NCBI RefSeq assembly: GCF_048593235.1
Contig: NC_133618.1
Location: 12,626,468-12,690,467, forward strand
DNA from: Sminthopsis crassicaudata
Lineage: Eukaryota
Reading direction: 5' to 3'
Length of the DNA stretch: 64,000 bases
The notes under the pieces are model-generated. The model was not told the origin of the DNA. It worked only from the letters and a program-made list of their open reading frames with translations, and ran no database searches. Both the position numbers and the translations under genes were made by a program. Shown one piece after another: positions 47,001-61,076 of the stretch (its first letter is position 1; each line of letters begins with the position of its first letter).

Positions 47001-49759
47001 GAAGGAATGGTGATGGAATGATATCCAGAAAAATCTAGGAAATAGGAAATGCTACTTTCTCTGATGGAAGCAACTAACGATTCAAGGGAGACTTCTTCTG
47101 TACTTTGGGGATTCCATCACTAAATCCACAGTCACTAAATGTCTCCGAGCCTCAGTTTCTGCATCTGTAAAATGAGAGGGTTGGACGAAATGGCCTCTCA
47201 GGTCCCTTCTAGTTCTAGCTATATGAACCTATGATACTGGCTCTCTAGAAGAGGTAGAAAACTGGACAGTCCCTTTATGAGGATTTTTTTTTCCTGAATA
47301 ATCTTAAGACTGCAGTTTCTGGGCTTGGCCAGTGGTTTTATTTGACTGGCTGGAATTGACAGTAGTACAGCCAGTTTGACTGTGCAGACAGAACATGGGG
47401 GTCAGTGTGATGACTTCTCAGCTAGGCTGGCTGTTTCCTTAAATTACTTATTTTAGGAAAGGAGCCTCGGCTGGTGGGGGGGGATCTGGCTTATCTCTAG
47501 CTGGATGTCACCCATCTCTACTTTTGCTTCCCTTCTTCTTTGCCTTTCCAGGGCTCTTTTTCTTTTTTCATCTTCCCCTTTCTTATCCCCTTCCTCTTTC
47601 TTTCCCCCTTCTCTACTTCCTTCAGTTATTCAGGCTGATTTCTTCCACATGTGTGCTGCTTGAATTCCAAGTTACATGAAGGAACATCCTTATATAGATT
47701 ATAAGGAGTCACTACCTTCCCCTTGCTCCTTTCCCTTCCCATTCCCCATTCCTGCTATTGGATTCTTGTGGGAAAACTGTGCAGCATCAGATCAGCCTGT
47801 GGACTTGCTGGGAGGAAGCTGAGGAAGGCCTTTTTACTCTTGGGGCATGGGATCTTATTTCATATAGGAAAACTCAATAGAATAGTGTTCAGCCTGTTGG
47901 GAGATTTGGGCTCTTCACCCAAGGAACAGCCTTGAATGAGAAGAAAGGGGAAAGATGGGTAAATGGTGATTTGTCTCTTGGAAGGAATCAGATACATAAT
48001 ATTCTTCTGTTGCCACATCTCGTTAGCCCTTCTTTTCTTGGTTCAACAATCAGTTATTCAACAAATAATTTATGAAGCATCTGCCATTTTGTCAGGCTCT
48101 GTGCTAACCACTGAGGCTACAAATACAAAGAAAAAAAGGGGATTCTTTTCCCTCAAGGAGCTTGGGGGAGACCAGAAGCATGAATGTACACACATGTATA
48201 GAAAATTCATTTAATGTTGACCATCCACAATCTTGGAAAGCTTTATGTAATAGAGTACATGGGTGAACATTTTAAAGGACTTCTCCTGCCACAATTTTGT
48301 GAAGTAGGTGATAGTATTTCCCATTTTTACACACGAGGAAATGAATATGAGTTGCCCAGCCACACAACTAGCAATCCACGGAGCCAGGCTTTCCGAATCA
48401 AAATCTATCCCACACTCCAGTCTACCTCAAGTAGTGGGTCACTTACCGACAGTCCCCCATTCAAAGTCCATTTTTCCTTCAATGCAACAGATTTCTGGGA
48501 AGATTTCATGGCCTTCATGTTGCCCACAGATGTGCCAGAGGGACCCCGCCACTCTTTCTAAGTCTGGTTTCAATGATTCAAGGGAAAGACTTCTGTTCAT
48601 AGTTTAGTTCGTCACTCTTGAAGGATTTACACATTATAAATGACTCTTCATCGCTCTCTCCAGATCCCATCAGCCTCGCCTTTGATCTGAAGTGCCAGCA
48701 GGCATGCTGGGCATGGGCTGCCCCATCCTCAAAGAAAGAACATTTTATGAGGTGCTGAAGTTTTAATGCAACCCCTCACTGGCACCCCAAGTTGATTTGC
48801 ATTATTCAAGTTGGATCCTCTTTGCCATCTTCCCACTGTGCTGGGATCATTAGTTGACTCTAGGGATAGCTCCCATGTGTTTTACATGATCGGTTTGTTA
48901 GCATAATTGAAAAGAATACAGAAATTGGAATTGGGTCCTATTAATAGAAATGCTAGGAAGCTGGTCACTGCTGGGCCTTCCAAATGAAATGGAGTGCTTA
49001 GCCAAGGCTGAGCGTGGTGGACAATTAGAAAACGCTGTGTGTGCTTAGCCTCATATAAAAAGTCACGTTTTCCCCAAGAAGACGATGGAAGATGGGAATT
49101 TTTTGTCCTTGGGCATCATTGAACTTGGAAAAAGGTATTGTTGTCTCTTGATTAAAGTGACAGGATCATAGATTAGAACTGACTGGCACCTTAGAGAGAG
49201 GATTCTCTCAACCTTCTCATTTTACAAAAGAGGACAAGAATTCACCATATGGGGAATTTACTTGTCCAAGAGCTTCTAAACAGTTGAACGTCCTCTGGAT
49301 CAATGCTTTCCACTAAATAGTTGACTTTCCAACTGGTAAATTAGTGGGGAATAACATTATTTCCAGAAAAACTGGTTACCTTCATTAATATTAATGTGGA
49401 AATCATTATCATCATCATCATCATCATTATATTAATGTGGAAATCATTATTATTATCATCATCATCATTAATATTAATGTGAAAGGTTTCCTGAAGAGTT
49501 AAAATGAGTCTTCCGTCAGCCTCAGTTTCTTCATTTGTAAAATGGGAAAATAATAGTACCTACTTCGTATTATTGTTGTGAGGAGCAAATAGTGTATGTA
49601 AGCTCTTTGGGAACATTTAAGTGCTACATAATTAGTAGATAATAGTAATAATAATAAAAGGTGCAGAGATACTAGAATCTCAGCTAGAAGGAACCTCAAG
49701 ATGAACCTGGACAAGCAGTTAGAAAGCCTTTTCTTGAAGACCCCCAGAGGGGAGGCTCT

Positions 49760-50620
49760 TTCCACTTTTTTCAGAATTTTTTTTAATTGACAAAAGTTGA
49801 TTTTCTGTTCCCTGTCCCATTGATAAAAAAGAAAGCAAAAAGAAACCTAATAATAAATATGCATAGTCAAGTGGAAACAAATTCTTATATTTGCCATGAC
49901 CAAAAAAATGTGTCTTATTCTGTACTTGGAGTTCATCCCTTCTCTGTCTGGAGGTGGGTAAGAATCTTGCTCGATCAAAGTCTTTAACGCTTTCAAATTT
50001 GCCTTTATAGTGTTGGTATTGGGGCAGCTGGGTGGCTCGGTGGATAGAGCAATGGCCCTCAAGTCAGAAGGGCCTGAGTTCAAATCTTCTCTCTTAACAC
50101 TTCCTGGCTGTGTGACCCTGGGCAAGTCACTTAACCTCAACNNNNNNNNNNNNNNNNNNNNNNNNNNNNNNNNNNNNNNNNNNNNNNNNNNNNNNNNNNN
50201 NNNNNNNNNNNNNNNNNNNNNNNNNNNNNNNNNNNNNNNNNNNNNNNNNNNNNNNNNNNNNNNNNNNNNNNATTTTTTATTTTTACAATTTTATGTACTT
50301 TAATTTTTTTTTTTTTTTTACAGTGTTGGTATTTTATAGATTTTTTTCTCTTGGTTCTGCTTATTTGACTCTTATCAGCTCATCCCAGATTTTGCTGATC
50401 CCATCCCCTTCAGCGTTTCTTCCAACACAATAGAGTTCCATCACCTTTTATACCATAATTTCTTTGTCCATCCCCCAATTGATGGACACTCCTTAGTTTC
50501 CTGTTCTTTGTTGCTACAAAAAGAGCTGCTATAAATATTTCTGTGCATTTGAATCTGTCTTTCTTTGATGTCTTTGGGATATAGGCCTACTGGGGACACC
50601 TCTGAGTCAAAGGTTGACAA
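49760..50620 (-). mobile_element. Old marsupial L1 3' fragment interrupted by a SINE
   Basis: Reverse-strand L1 motifs (cttggttctgcttatttgactc, atcccccaattgatggacac) on both sides of the 50021 SINE. Confidence 0.7.
50021..50321 (+). mobile_element. WSINE1-type SINE insertion (contains N-gap 50142-50271) with 12-bp TSD
   Basis: ggggcagctgggtggctcggtggatagagc head; TSD AGTGTTGGTATT at 50009-50020 and 50322-50333. Confidence 0.85.
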
Positions 50621-53600
50621 ACATTTTGGCTCATTCCATTTTTGGATAGCTCTAATAGTTAGGGAGTTTTTCCCAACATCATTTACATTGTTTTTTAAAA
50701 ATAACTTCTATTCACTGTCCCTATTTCTGAGCCTTTCTGGGACTAAGGAGAAGTCTAATAGTCCTTCCCTTTGACAGCCCTTCACATATATGTATGTGTA
50801 TTGTGCTTTCTCCTTGAAAAAGAATTTAAATTTTCATTTCAATGGAATCCTTCTTCCACTCTGGGGCAGGGGCCCGCTTCTGTTTTATTCATTACAAACT
50901 TTGATGGTTCCGAGGGCCGGGCCAGGGACCAAAGGCCTTTCTGTCCCCCACAAAGCCTTCACCCATCGCTTCTACGGCTGTAGAATGTTTCAGGGCTGGC
51001 CGAGTGCCAGCTTTCACAAAGGAAAACCACCCAGATAAGCCAACAGTGTTCGTGTTGTCTCCCTTTGGATGCCGGCTTGGTTTTAATCTCTAGCTGATTA
51101 ATTTGCCCCAGAAGAAAGAGAGAGAGACAGACTCACAATCTACTTACATGCACACTGGAGTGGAGAGCAGGTGGTAATGACCGCTGGAGTGAGTGAGGGG
51201 CTGGCGATGGGGAGCCCCGATAGACGGCGTCCTGGGAATGGAACTGAACGTTGTCTGTGCTGGTGAATCAGACTTTTGTCCAGCTGGGACGGTGTGGGGA
51301 AGCTGTGCTGAGCCTGGGAAAAGGAGGGGCTTGGCTGGGAGCGGGGCTCTGGGGCCCAGGCTGTGGTGATTCATCTGAGGGAGATGGAGGCAGCACAGGG
51401 GAAAGGATGCTGATTTAAGGCCTAGAGAATCTGAGTTCAAATCCTACTTATTGGCCAAATCTCTTAGCTTCCCTGAGATTTCTGGGTCCTTTGTAAACTG
51501 AGCAGGTGAGGTGGAAAGGCAAAGGGTTTGAATTCGAAGCTCATGAATTTGTGTTTTTAATACTTTGATAATTATATTTCCATATAATCACTTTCCTTTG
51601 TAATCCATTAACAAAAATCAATTTCCTCTCCTTCCTCTTTTTGGAATAAAAAGAAAAATAAGACTCTTATCATAAACACAGTTGCACTATTTTATTTTCT
51701 TTTTTATTTATTTTATTTTATTTATTTAAAAACGGGATTTTGAGAAACAGCGCCTACATTTCAGCCGATCTCTGCTGTTCTAGCTCATGCTTCTCTGTGT
51801 TCTAGCTTCTGTCTTTTCTCTACAAACAGGTCCCCACCACCTGATAGATTTAGTTTTTAAACTTTATATTTTTACAATTTATTTATTTTTTTTTGTTGAA
51901 ATCTTTTGGTTTGACATCAGGTTCATTTCTGATTCTCTCTCCCCTCCCCTGTCCAGTGAGCANNNNNNNNNNNNNNNNNNNNNNNNNNNNNNNNNNNNNN
52001 NNNNNNNNNNNNNNNNNNNNNNNNNNNNNNNNNNNNNNNNNNNNNNNNNNNNNNNNNNNNNNNNNNNNNNNNNNNNNNNNNNNNNNNNNNNNNNNNNNNN
52101 NNNNNNNNNNNNNNNNNNNNNNNNNNNNNNNNNNNNNNNNNNNNNNNNNNNNNNNNNNNNNNNNNNNNNNNNNNNNNNNNNNNNNNNNNNNNNNNNNNNN
52201 NNNNNNNNNNNNNNNNNNNNNNNNNNNNNNNNNNNNNNNNNNNNNNNNNNNNNNNNNNNNNNNNNNNNNNNNNNNNNNNNNNNNNNNNNNNNNNNNNNNN
52301 NNNNNNNNNNNNNNNNNNNNNNNNNNNNNNNNNNNNNNNNNNNNNNNNNNNNNNNNNNNNNNNNNNNNNNNNNNNNNNNNNNNNGCTGAGGCTGCCAGTC
52401 TGTGCACTATTCTATACCCCGCTGACTCCCACCACTGCCACAAAGAGTAGGAAGCTTTTTTTTGCTTCTCTTTAGCCCAATTTGGATATTATAATTACAA
52501 AATATTCTGATTGATTTTTCATATGTCAGATTTTTTTTTCAAGTGGGTGTTCAGTGCTCTTTTTTATCATGATCTAGAAATATTTCCAGTGTGACATCTC
52601 AGCTGAAATTCCACTGATTAGTTCTTAGGACATAGAGTCCCAGGTCTGGCACTGGAAGGGATCATCCAGTGCAAGCTTGTCATATTACAGATAAAAAAGA
52701 CTGAAACTCAGATAAGTCACATGGGCTAGCAGAACTGAGACTTGATCCCAGGCTTTTTGTTCACTTTGAATTTGACATCTGACCCTTGATAGAGAGCTGG
52801 AAGGAATCTTTCATGGCTTCTAGTCAAAGGAGCGTAGATTTGGGCCTGGAGGGACCCTTGAAGTTCAACCCCCCCCCCTTTTTTTTTTTTTTTACAGATG
52901 GGTAAATCAAGACCCAAAGAACTAGGTGTCTTGCCCAATGGGAAAAGTTGGTAGGAAATAAGCATTTATTTAGAGCCGACTCTTCCAGGAACTTTGCTCA
53001 ATGCTTTTATAAGTCTAATCTCATTTGATCCTCAGAATAACCCTGAAATATAGGTGCTATTATTATTCCAAGTTTATAATTGAAACATGTGAAGCAAACA
53101 GATTCAATGACTCGACCAGGATCACACAGAAATAGAAGAGGATTTGAATTCAGCTCCTCCAACTCCAGTCAGTGCTCTTCCATTATTTTTCAGCTCCAAA
53201 TTGAATTCTGGTCTTTTGATTGTAACAGATTTATAACTTTGGGAAATATGAGTGTCTTTGGAAAGCCCCCCCCCTTTTTTTTCTTTTTAAGAGAACTCTT
53301 ACTATGCCTTTGTTTCCAGTTCCTAGAGACAAGCACTTCCAAGACATTACCTTAATGGGATTGCTTCCCAGCTCTCTTATAAATGGACTCTTGCAGGGAA
53401 TTTCTCTTCATTTCTAAACACCAATCTTCAAAGGACTTGTTTATAGCTGCCGGCTTGACAGCTCCTCCTGAAGAGAGGTTTTCTCCTGTGGCCTCAGGAA
53501 CTGAGTTTTTTCCTTATTCCCAATAAAAGTCTGNNNNNNNNNNNNNNNNNNNNNNNNNNNNNNNNNNNNNNNNNNNNNNNNNNNNNNNNNNNNNNNNNNN

Positions 53601-56592
53601 NNNNNNNNNNNNNNNNNNNNNNNNNNNNNNNNNNNNNNNNNNNNNNNNNNNNNNNNNNNNNNNNNNNNNNNNNNNNNNNNNNNNNNNNNNNNNNNNNNNN
53701 NNNNNNNNNNNNNNNNNNNNNNNNNNNNNNNNNNNNNNNNNNNNNNNNNNNNNNNNNNNNNNNNNNNNNNNNNNNNNNNNNNNNNNNNNNNNNNNNNNNN
53801 NNNNNNNNNNNNNNNNNNNNNNNNNNNNNNNNNNNNNNNNNNNNNNNNNNNNNNNNNNNNNNNNNNNNNNNNNNNNNNNNNNNNNNNNNNNNNNNNNNNN
53901 NNNNNNNNNNNNNNNNNNNNNNNNNNNNNNNNNNNNNNNNNNNNNNNNNNNNNNNNNNNNNNNNNNNNNNNNNNNNNNNNNNNNNGTTAGCCCAGGGCTG
54001 TGCATCCTGTCCCAGCCCTTCTCAGGGTCATCTCAAAGCTCAAAGGGTCATCCAGCGGGGAAGATCAGAGGACATTCTGTCCTTCCCCCTTCAGGCCCTT
54101 GTCTCCCAAGAGGACATCAAGAAACCAACACTGTGGGAAAACATGTGGGAGCATCTCAGAAACATGTTCCTAATGTCTTAAGTATTGAATTTTCCAGGGA
54201 AAGAGATGCTTTTCTGAAGTTCACAAACTTCAGATCCTTTCAGGAAATATATATTTTTTAAACAGGTAGAGTTTAAATCCCTTGTTTTTCACTTAAGACC
54301 TAGATTCAGCCTCTGAAAATTATTGGTGACAAATCCCACGTAGAAATCAGATTAAAGGCAGTGTTTATAGTGGTCGGAGAGCTTGTCTCAGAGCCAAGAA
54401 GTCTGAGGTTTAAGACCCATCTCTTCCACAGGCAGTAGGGTGTGTGACCCTAGTCTCTTAGTACTCTGAGCTACCCTGAGGCTATTATTAGAGTAGAAGG
54501 TGACCTGCTGGCTTCTGGGAGGCTTCTTATCTGGGAGTTCACAGGCCTAATCCCCTGCACTCCCCTTGTCTGTGATTGGAGTCTCCACCTTCCTTCAAGA
54601 CCCAACACTTGGCTCCCTCTTCTTCATGACCCTTTGTTGATGTCAAGCCTGGAAACTTGGGGAAAACTGGGTCTTTCTCAGCTCAGATCTGGTCTGATCA
54701 TTCTTAGCCCTTGGCCTGGGTCTCTTTTCAGTCCTCCCACTCTCCTGAGATAATAACAGACATTTCTATATCACTTTAAAGTGGTCCCAGGGCTAGCTTA
54801 CATTATCTTCCCATTTGATCATCACAACAAATTGGTGAGATTGGCCAATCTTGGTCCCATTACACATATGAAGAAAAGGACACGAGAAGGATCACATAGC
54901 TAGGAAAGCCCAGTATTTGGGCCACGGGCATGCAGTGCTTCCCAGGATCCTGGCCCTTAGATCCAGAGCTCCTCTAGGCCAGTCCTCCTCATTTTCTGTT
55001 GAGGAAACTGAGACTAGAAAAGACATAAATACTAGTCAGAGGTCCCATAGGCAGGAGACGGCAGACGTGGGACCTGAAAACAGTTCTCTGAGTCTCGTTC
55101 CTGTTCTCCTCCTGACCACATCATCCCTTCCCTTGTGTTAGAATCTGTGGTGATTAGATCTTCCCTTCTTTGAAATGTAATCTTCTTGAGGGCAGGATCT
55201 CCACTGGATCTCTTTTTGCATCCCCAACATGAACACCTGCACCTCCAAGTAGGCGCTCAATATTTATTTGTTCAGCATTTATTTATTTTATTTTTTATTT
55301 ATGGAATAAAACAAACAATTCCATAATGGCAAAATAAATAGACGATCGCATATGGAGTAAATATTGACTTCCATCCTTGGTTAGAATCATTTTCTGGTTA
55401 TCTTGCAGACTCTCTCTGAGCTCGTCCCTAATCTGGCTGGCTTCTGGTGGGATGATGTGGAGGTGGAGAGCTAGAGACTCTGCCACTTGCTGACTGGAGT
55501 TCTTGTTAAATTATTTGAATTCTTTATACCTCAGTTTCCTCATTGGTAAAAGGAGTGGGGAGAAAGAAGATGGAGAGTTGAATTCCATGAACGAATCAGA
55601 GGCAGTGTTGTTCAGCAGAAAGATCCAGAAAATCTGGAGTCAGAGAATCAGAAACTGTCTGGCCCAACTCCTCCATTTTACAGAGGAGAAAACTGAGGCG
55701 CGTGACATTTTCCAGAGAGGATCAAAGGATTGGACATTTTATCCAGGCCGCGGTCAAATTCTCCACTCTGCCAGGCAGAACCAGAGGAAAATATAATTAG
55801 GAAATGTTTAAAAATATAAACACCAATCCAGTACAACACAGATCACGTTAATTTGTGGTTTTCTAAGCCAATTTGTAGTCTGCATGGATATTAAGTGCCC
55901 GAGGCAGAATTTGAAGCCAGACCCTTCTGATGCTGAGCCCAGCGCTTTTTGTTGCAGTGGAGACTACGTGGTTTGGGTGGCTGCCGAGTCCCAGCTTTCA
56001 GATTCTGAGATTTTCTGGGTAATAGCAGACACAATGTGGGAGCGGCTTTTGAAATGCTTTGAGTTCTTCAGATGAAAGCTCCCACAGAAATACAGAGTCA
56101 TATTATGCTGTTGAAACTGGAGTGGGGGTGAGTCGCTTACTCCCTCCTGCCTTATCAGAGCCAGGGAAAGGGGATAGGGGAGGGAACTCTCAAGGCGACC
56201 ATTCTCCGTGGCCCCTTGCCCAGTTCAGCATCTTAAAGCATCTTGCTCATATTGGGAGGTGAATGTCCTAAAACCAGAGATGAGATTGTCTGGCCGGTCA
56301 CTCGACACTATTGCTGTGTCTAAGGAAACCTTGTCCGGAACATTTTCCCGAGGCCTAAGTTCTCATGGTCCTGAATGGGGAAACCAGATCGCGTCTTTCC
56401 CACGCAGTTTCACCCGTAAACTTTTGTAGCTGAGTTCTGATTTAGCCGCCCATCCTTAGTCATCAGGTTGCAGAAGTGGGCTCCTGGATACCAGCCACAG
56501 GGAGCGCCATCTTGGTTGGGTCGTTCTAATGGTGAGCGGTGATAAGAACGGACTCTTTCAGTAATGGCCATAATCCTTTGCTTCTTTTTTAG

Positions 56593-56757
56593 TCGATCAT
56601 GTTGTTCCCGAACCCGGGACCAGCCTGCTGACGGCCTTCGACCAGTGGCGGGAATGGGCAGATAGCAAATCTTGCTGTGACTACTCCCTGCATGTGGACA
56701 TCACAGAATGGCATAAAGGGATCCAGGAGGAGATGGAAACCCTGGTGAAGGACCATG
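56593..56757 (+). CDS. DPYSL2: DPYSL2 exon 4 ([56 protein letters not shown])
   Basis: tttttttag acceptor (56592), 165 nt, donor gtaggt at 56758; phase matches exon 3 (ATC A|TC GAT). Confidence 0.98.
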
Positions 56758-57369
56758 GTAGGTTGGCGGTGCCCCGTGGCCCTTGCGGAGAAGGCCTTTC
56801 TTGGGCCTCTTACTCATCCTGATGGGATATATGTATATATGTACGTTCAACAAACATTTACTGATCAGTCAACAAGCATTTATTAAGCACCTGCTACAAA
56901 GCAGGCGCTGTGATTGGTGGGTCATGTGATTGGGGAGGCAGATACAAAGAAAGAAACAGTTCTTGCCCTCGGGGAGCTTACATTTTGCTCATTTGCTGTA
57001 TGGGAATCCTAGGGATACAAGCCCTCCAGATGCTGGGTACAGGTACACAAATTGATGAATGAGTACCACGTGTCTGCCAAACTAATGCGAGTAGTCCCAG
57101 GGTAGGAGTCTTTGGACTTGGGCTATCAGGAAGACTCTTGGAGGAGACTGAGCCGAGCCTTGAATGATCTCCTTCAGTGTGCTCCTCTTGGATGCCCCTT
57201 AGTGGTGGGATTGTGGCTTCTCCCCAGGACATCACCGGCCTTCTTGTCCCCCAAGGTTGCAGGCCCTGCCATTGTCCTCGCATCCTCCCATTGCCTCGCC
57301 TTCCAGACTCAATTTCTCCTGAAGACATCTCCCATCCCCCCCTTCTGTAGGCACAAAATCTCCTCCCTG

Positions 57370-57660
57370 GGTCTGGCCCCATCTCTTACCTGGGCTCTTG
57401 CGTTGGCTTTCTAATTGGCTTCCTGGCTTCATGCTTATATCCCCATTCTATCCTCCCTATAGCCGCCATATTGGATTTTCCTATTATTTCCCCTCCCCCT
57501 CAATAAACTTTAACCCGTCACCTCTAGGATCAGATAGAAGCTTTGGGCATTCCAAGCCCTTCACAAACTGGCTTCAGCCGCTTCCTCAGCTCTACTGCTT
57601 CCCCCCTCCCTTCACACCCCCTTTGATCCTTAGTGCTCCTTACACAGACACATCTTCCCG
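57370..57660 (+). mobile_element. L2 LINE fragment
   Basis: ctttctaattggcttcctggcttc...ccattctatcctccctatagccgcc resembles L2 3' ORF2/UTR. Confidence 0.55.
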
Positions 57661-58770
57661 TCTCCCCTCAGTTCAGTGTTAGGAGGAGCCAGAGAAGAGC
57701 CATAAACAGTCTTTCCTAGAAGCTCTTGTATTTCCTGGGGATGTCATGCTGTGCAAGCTTGACTCAGACCTCCATTACGTACATCCGTGGGCCACAAATC
57801 AAGGATTTTCCAAAGCCCGTGCTGAGAAGATTCTGGTAGAGGAAGGGGAGGGACGTTAGCCCCCGTGAAAGGGTGCTTTTTTGCTCCTTAGTTCTTAGCT
57901 AGAGCCACAGTTGGGGGGGTGTGCTGGTGAGTATTTGAGTTAATGTTGACCTCCTTGCTCTCAGGGAAAAATGTATGTATGGCCCAACTTTCATGTTTAA
58001 GTTAAAACATTATTAACATTTTCTCCATCACTTTCCCAACTTTAGACAGTCAACAGAATGATAGACAAAGACCAGATCTGCAGTGTTTGCCCCTTTTTCC
58101 AGGAAATTTAACAATCAGCTTTTGGGGTCTAGAATAGTTGGCTTTAGTCATGTCCTTCCCTGCTGCGGTCACACGGACAAGTGAACTGATTCTGATCGTG
58201 TCGGAGCAAATTCTCTTCCCTGAGCTGACAGACTTATTTTTTACAGGCATTTCTTTAAAAAAAAGCTCAAGGCAGCTTGGTGTCAATGTGGATAGAGTGC
58301 TAGAGGTTGAGTCAGGGAGATCTGAGTTCAAGTCTTGCCTCAGATACTATCTTTGTGAACCTAGACAAGTCTCTTCCCTTCTCATCCTTACTATTCCTTC
58401 CATGAAATGGGGCTAATAAAAGCACCTAACCTGGGGTTTTTCTGAGGGTCAAATGTGATAACATGCAAAACCTCAAAAGTGCTAAAGAAATACTAATGAG
58501 TGCTATTATGTATTGGGAAAGGAAGAGAATATAAAAAACATAAAAAGAAAAACTTAAAAAATCAAATAGAAGAAAAACTGAATCGGTGTGGATTGGATGA
58601 AAGGGTCCTGGAAGAAGAGCAGCTTGGCATCGGTCAGTCGGTCAGCAAACGCTTGGCGCCCTTTGGAGGCAGCATGCCGTCCCAAGTCGTCCTCCCACTA
58701 AGGACAGGTTCCTTTCCCCCTCTGCCTTATTTGGTTGGTCTGACAGTTTCGTTCTCTCTCTGTTCCCCAG

Positions 58771-58832
58771 GCGTCAACTCCTTCTTAGTGTACATGGCCT
58801 TCAAAGATCGCTTCCAGCTCACAGACTCTCAG
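58771..58832 (+). CDS. DPYSL2: DPYSL2 exon 5 (GVNSFLVYMAFKDRFQLTDSQ)
   Basis: ccccag acceptor, 62 nt, donor gtagga; peptide visible inside ORF 58500..59132; Leu at the position of the carboxylated Lys of active amidohydrolases. Confidence 0.98.
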
Positions 58833-60201
58833 GTAGGAGTTACGGCCTTGTCTCCAAAGGGACTTGCCNNNNNNNNNNNNNNNNNNNNNNNNNNNNNNNN
58901 NNNNNNNNNNNNNNNNNNNNNNNNNNNNNNNNNNNNNNNNNNNNNNNNNNNNNNNNNNNNNNNNNNNNNNNNNNNNNNNNNNNNNNNNNNNNNNNNNNNN
59001 NNNNNNNNNNNNNNNNNNNNNNNNNNNNNNNNNNNNNNNNNNNNNNNNNNNNNNNNNNNNNNNNNNNNNNNNNNNNNTGTGACCATGGACCCTTCATTTC
59101 ACCTTTACCAGCCTCAGTTTCCTGATGTATAAAACCAGGGGCTGGACTAGATAACTGTGGAACGTGGAATTAGAAGGGATCTCAGCGGCCATCCAGGCCA
59201 GTCCATGTCCCCCAAAAGTGTTCATGATGACGCCCATCATGTGGTTTCCCGAGCCGCTGGTTGAAGATGTCTGCCTCTGCCTGAGACAGCCGGGTCCCTC
59301 TTGCACTCCTCTACCTTTTTTCCTGAGATCCAACCTCAGTTGGCTTCCATTTTCAGCTCCCACCCTGCCTTCCAGTGCTGTCTCCTGGAGCCAGAAGGTC
59401 CAGAATCCCTTCTAAGAATTGCCTTAAAGTATCCACTGTTCCTCCTCTTCACTCACACAAGTCTTTTCTTGTTCTGGCCAAAGGTGCCCGGTTCCCTTAC
59501 CCAAACTTCACGTGGCCCGGGGCTCCTTCGCCCCCTCACCATGCCTTTTGTCCTCCTCTGGACATTGGCCCTTGCCATGGGGCCCTGATGGAGCTGGACC
59601 TGGCGCTCTCCCTGATATCAGCCTGAGGGTCTTCTCAGGGACCTTTTCATCTCCATCCCATGAACATGTTTTCTCAGGGACCTTTTCATCTCCATCCTGT
59701 GAACGTGTTTTCTGCCTGTTGTCTGCTCCTGGGACGGCGCCCGCCTCCTGGGCCTGGAAGGGTCTTGCTTTGTTAGTGATGTTTTCTCCATTTTCCCAAG
59801 GCCTCCTTAGGGTTTCCCTGAGTGAGCCTCAAACAGCAGAAGTAATTCAGCAGCTTTGGGTCCCCTTCCAGGATTTTCTAGGTTATGCTGCCTCTGAAAT
59901 GCTGAGTGCCCCCCCCCCCCCTGCGAGAACCCTGCCCCATAAACGTCTCTTTGAGGGCTTGGAAGGAGACTTAAAGAGGCAGGGGAAGCTGTGTGGTACA
60001 GGGAGGAGCACTGACCCAGCAGCGGCGGGATCTGAGTTGAAATCCTGGCCCTCCCTTTTATGTATCTAAGTGCCCAGATCATTCCATTGCCCAGGGCCTT
60101 GGGGCACACATCTGTAAAGCAGAGACGGTCCTTCCAGCTAAAAAGCTGTGATTTGGGAGGGGGCGCCTGCCGTGGCCCTAACGGAGTCCACTCTCTTCCA
60201 G

Positions 60202-60282
60202 ATCTACGAAGTCCTGAGCGTGATCCGGGACATTGGCGCCATCGCCCAGGTCCATGCTGAAAATGGCGACATCATCGCGGAG
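60202..60282 (+). CDS. DPYSL2: DPYSL2 exon 6 ([27 protein letters not shown])
   Basis: ctctcttccag acceptor, 81 nt, donor gtaatg; peptide visible in ORF 60148..60402. Confidence 0.98.
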
Positions 60283-60746
60283 GTAATGTCTCCTTCTGAG
60301 TCCCCAACTGGAGGGGATCAGGCCCGGGGACCCCGGCCCTGCTGGGAACACAGCAGACAATGGCGGCCCGTTGGGCGTTGCCCTGGCCCGATACACCGGT
60401 AAATCCCATGGGCTCTCTGGAGACCTCAGCGGCACCTCTCTGCCGACCAGGGGACCGACCATTCCCTAATGACTGCCAGGCCCTTGGCTCTGGGGGGATC
60501 CATCCCTCTTGGGACAAGCCTGGACCCTTGGCCTTGGCTCCAGGACCAGGACAGTGTCCCTTCTCAGCCTTTCCCAGAGGCTTCAGACACGTGGGTGACC
60601 GTAACTCCCAGACCCCCTCAGTTTGACCTGGGTGCAGGCTCCTCACTGCTTCTCATGACTCTTTGTTGATGTCCCCTGGGGGATCCAGCTTGCCCCAAAC
60701 CTGCCTATCGGGCTTGCCACCCATCCCTGGTGAGTTCCCCAACTGA

Positions 60747-61076
<330 letters not shown>

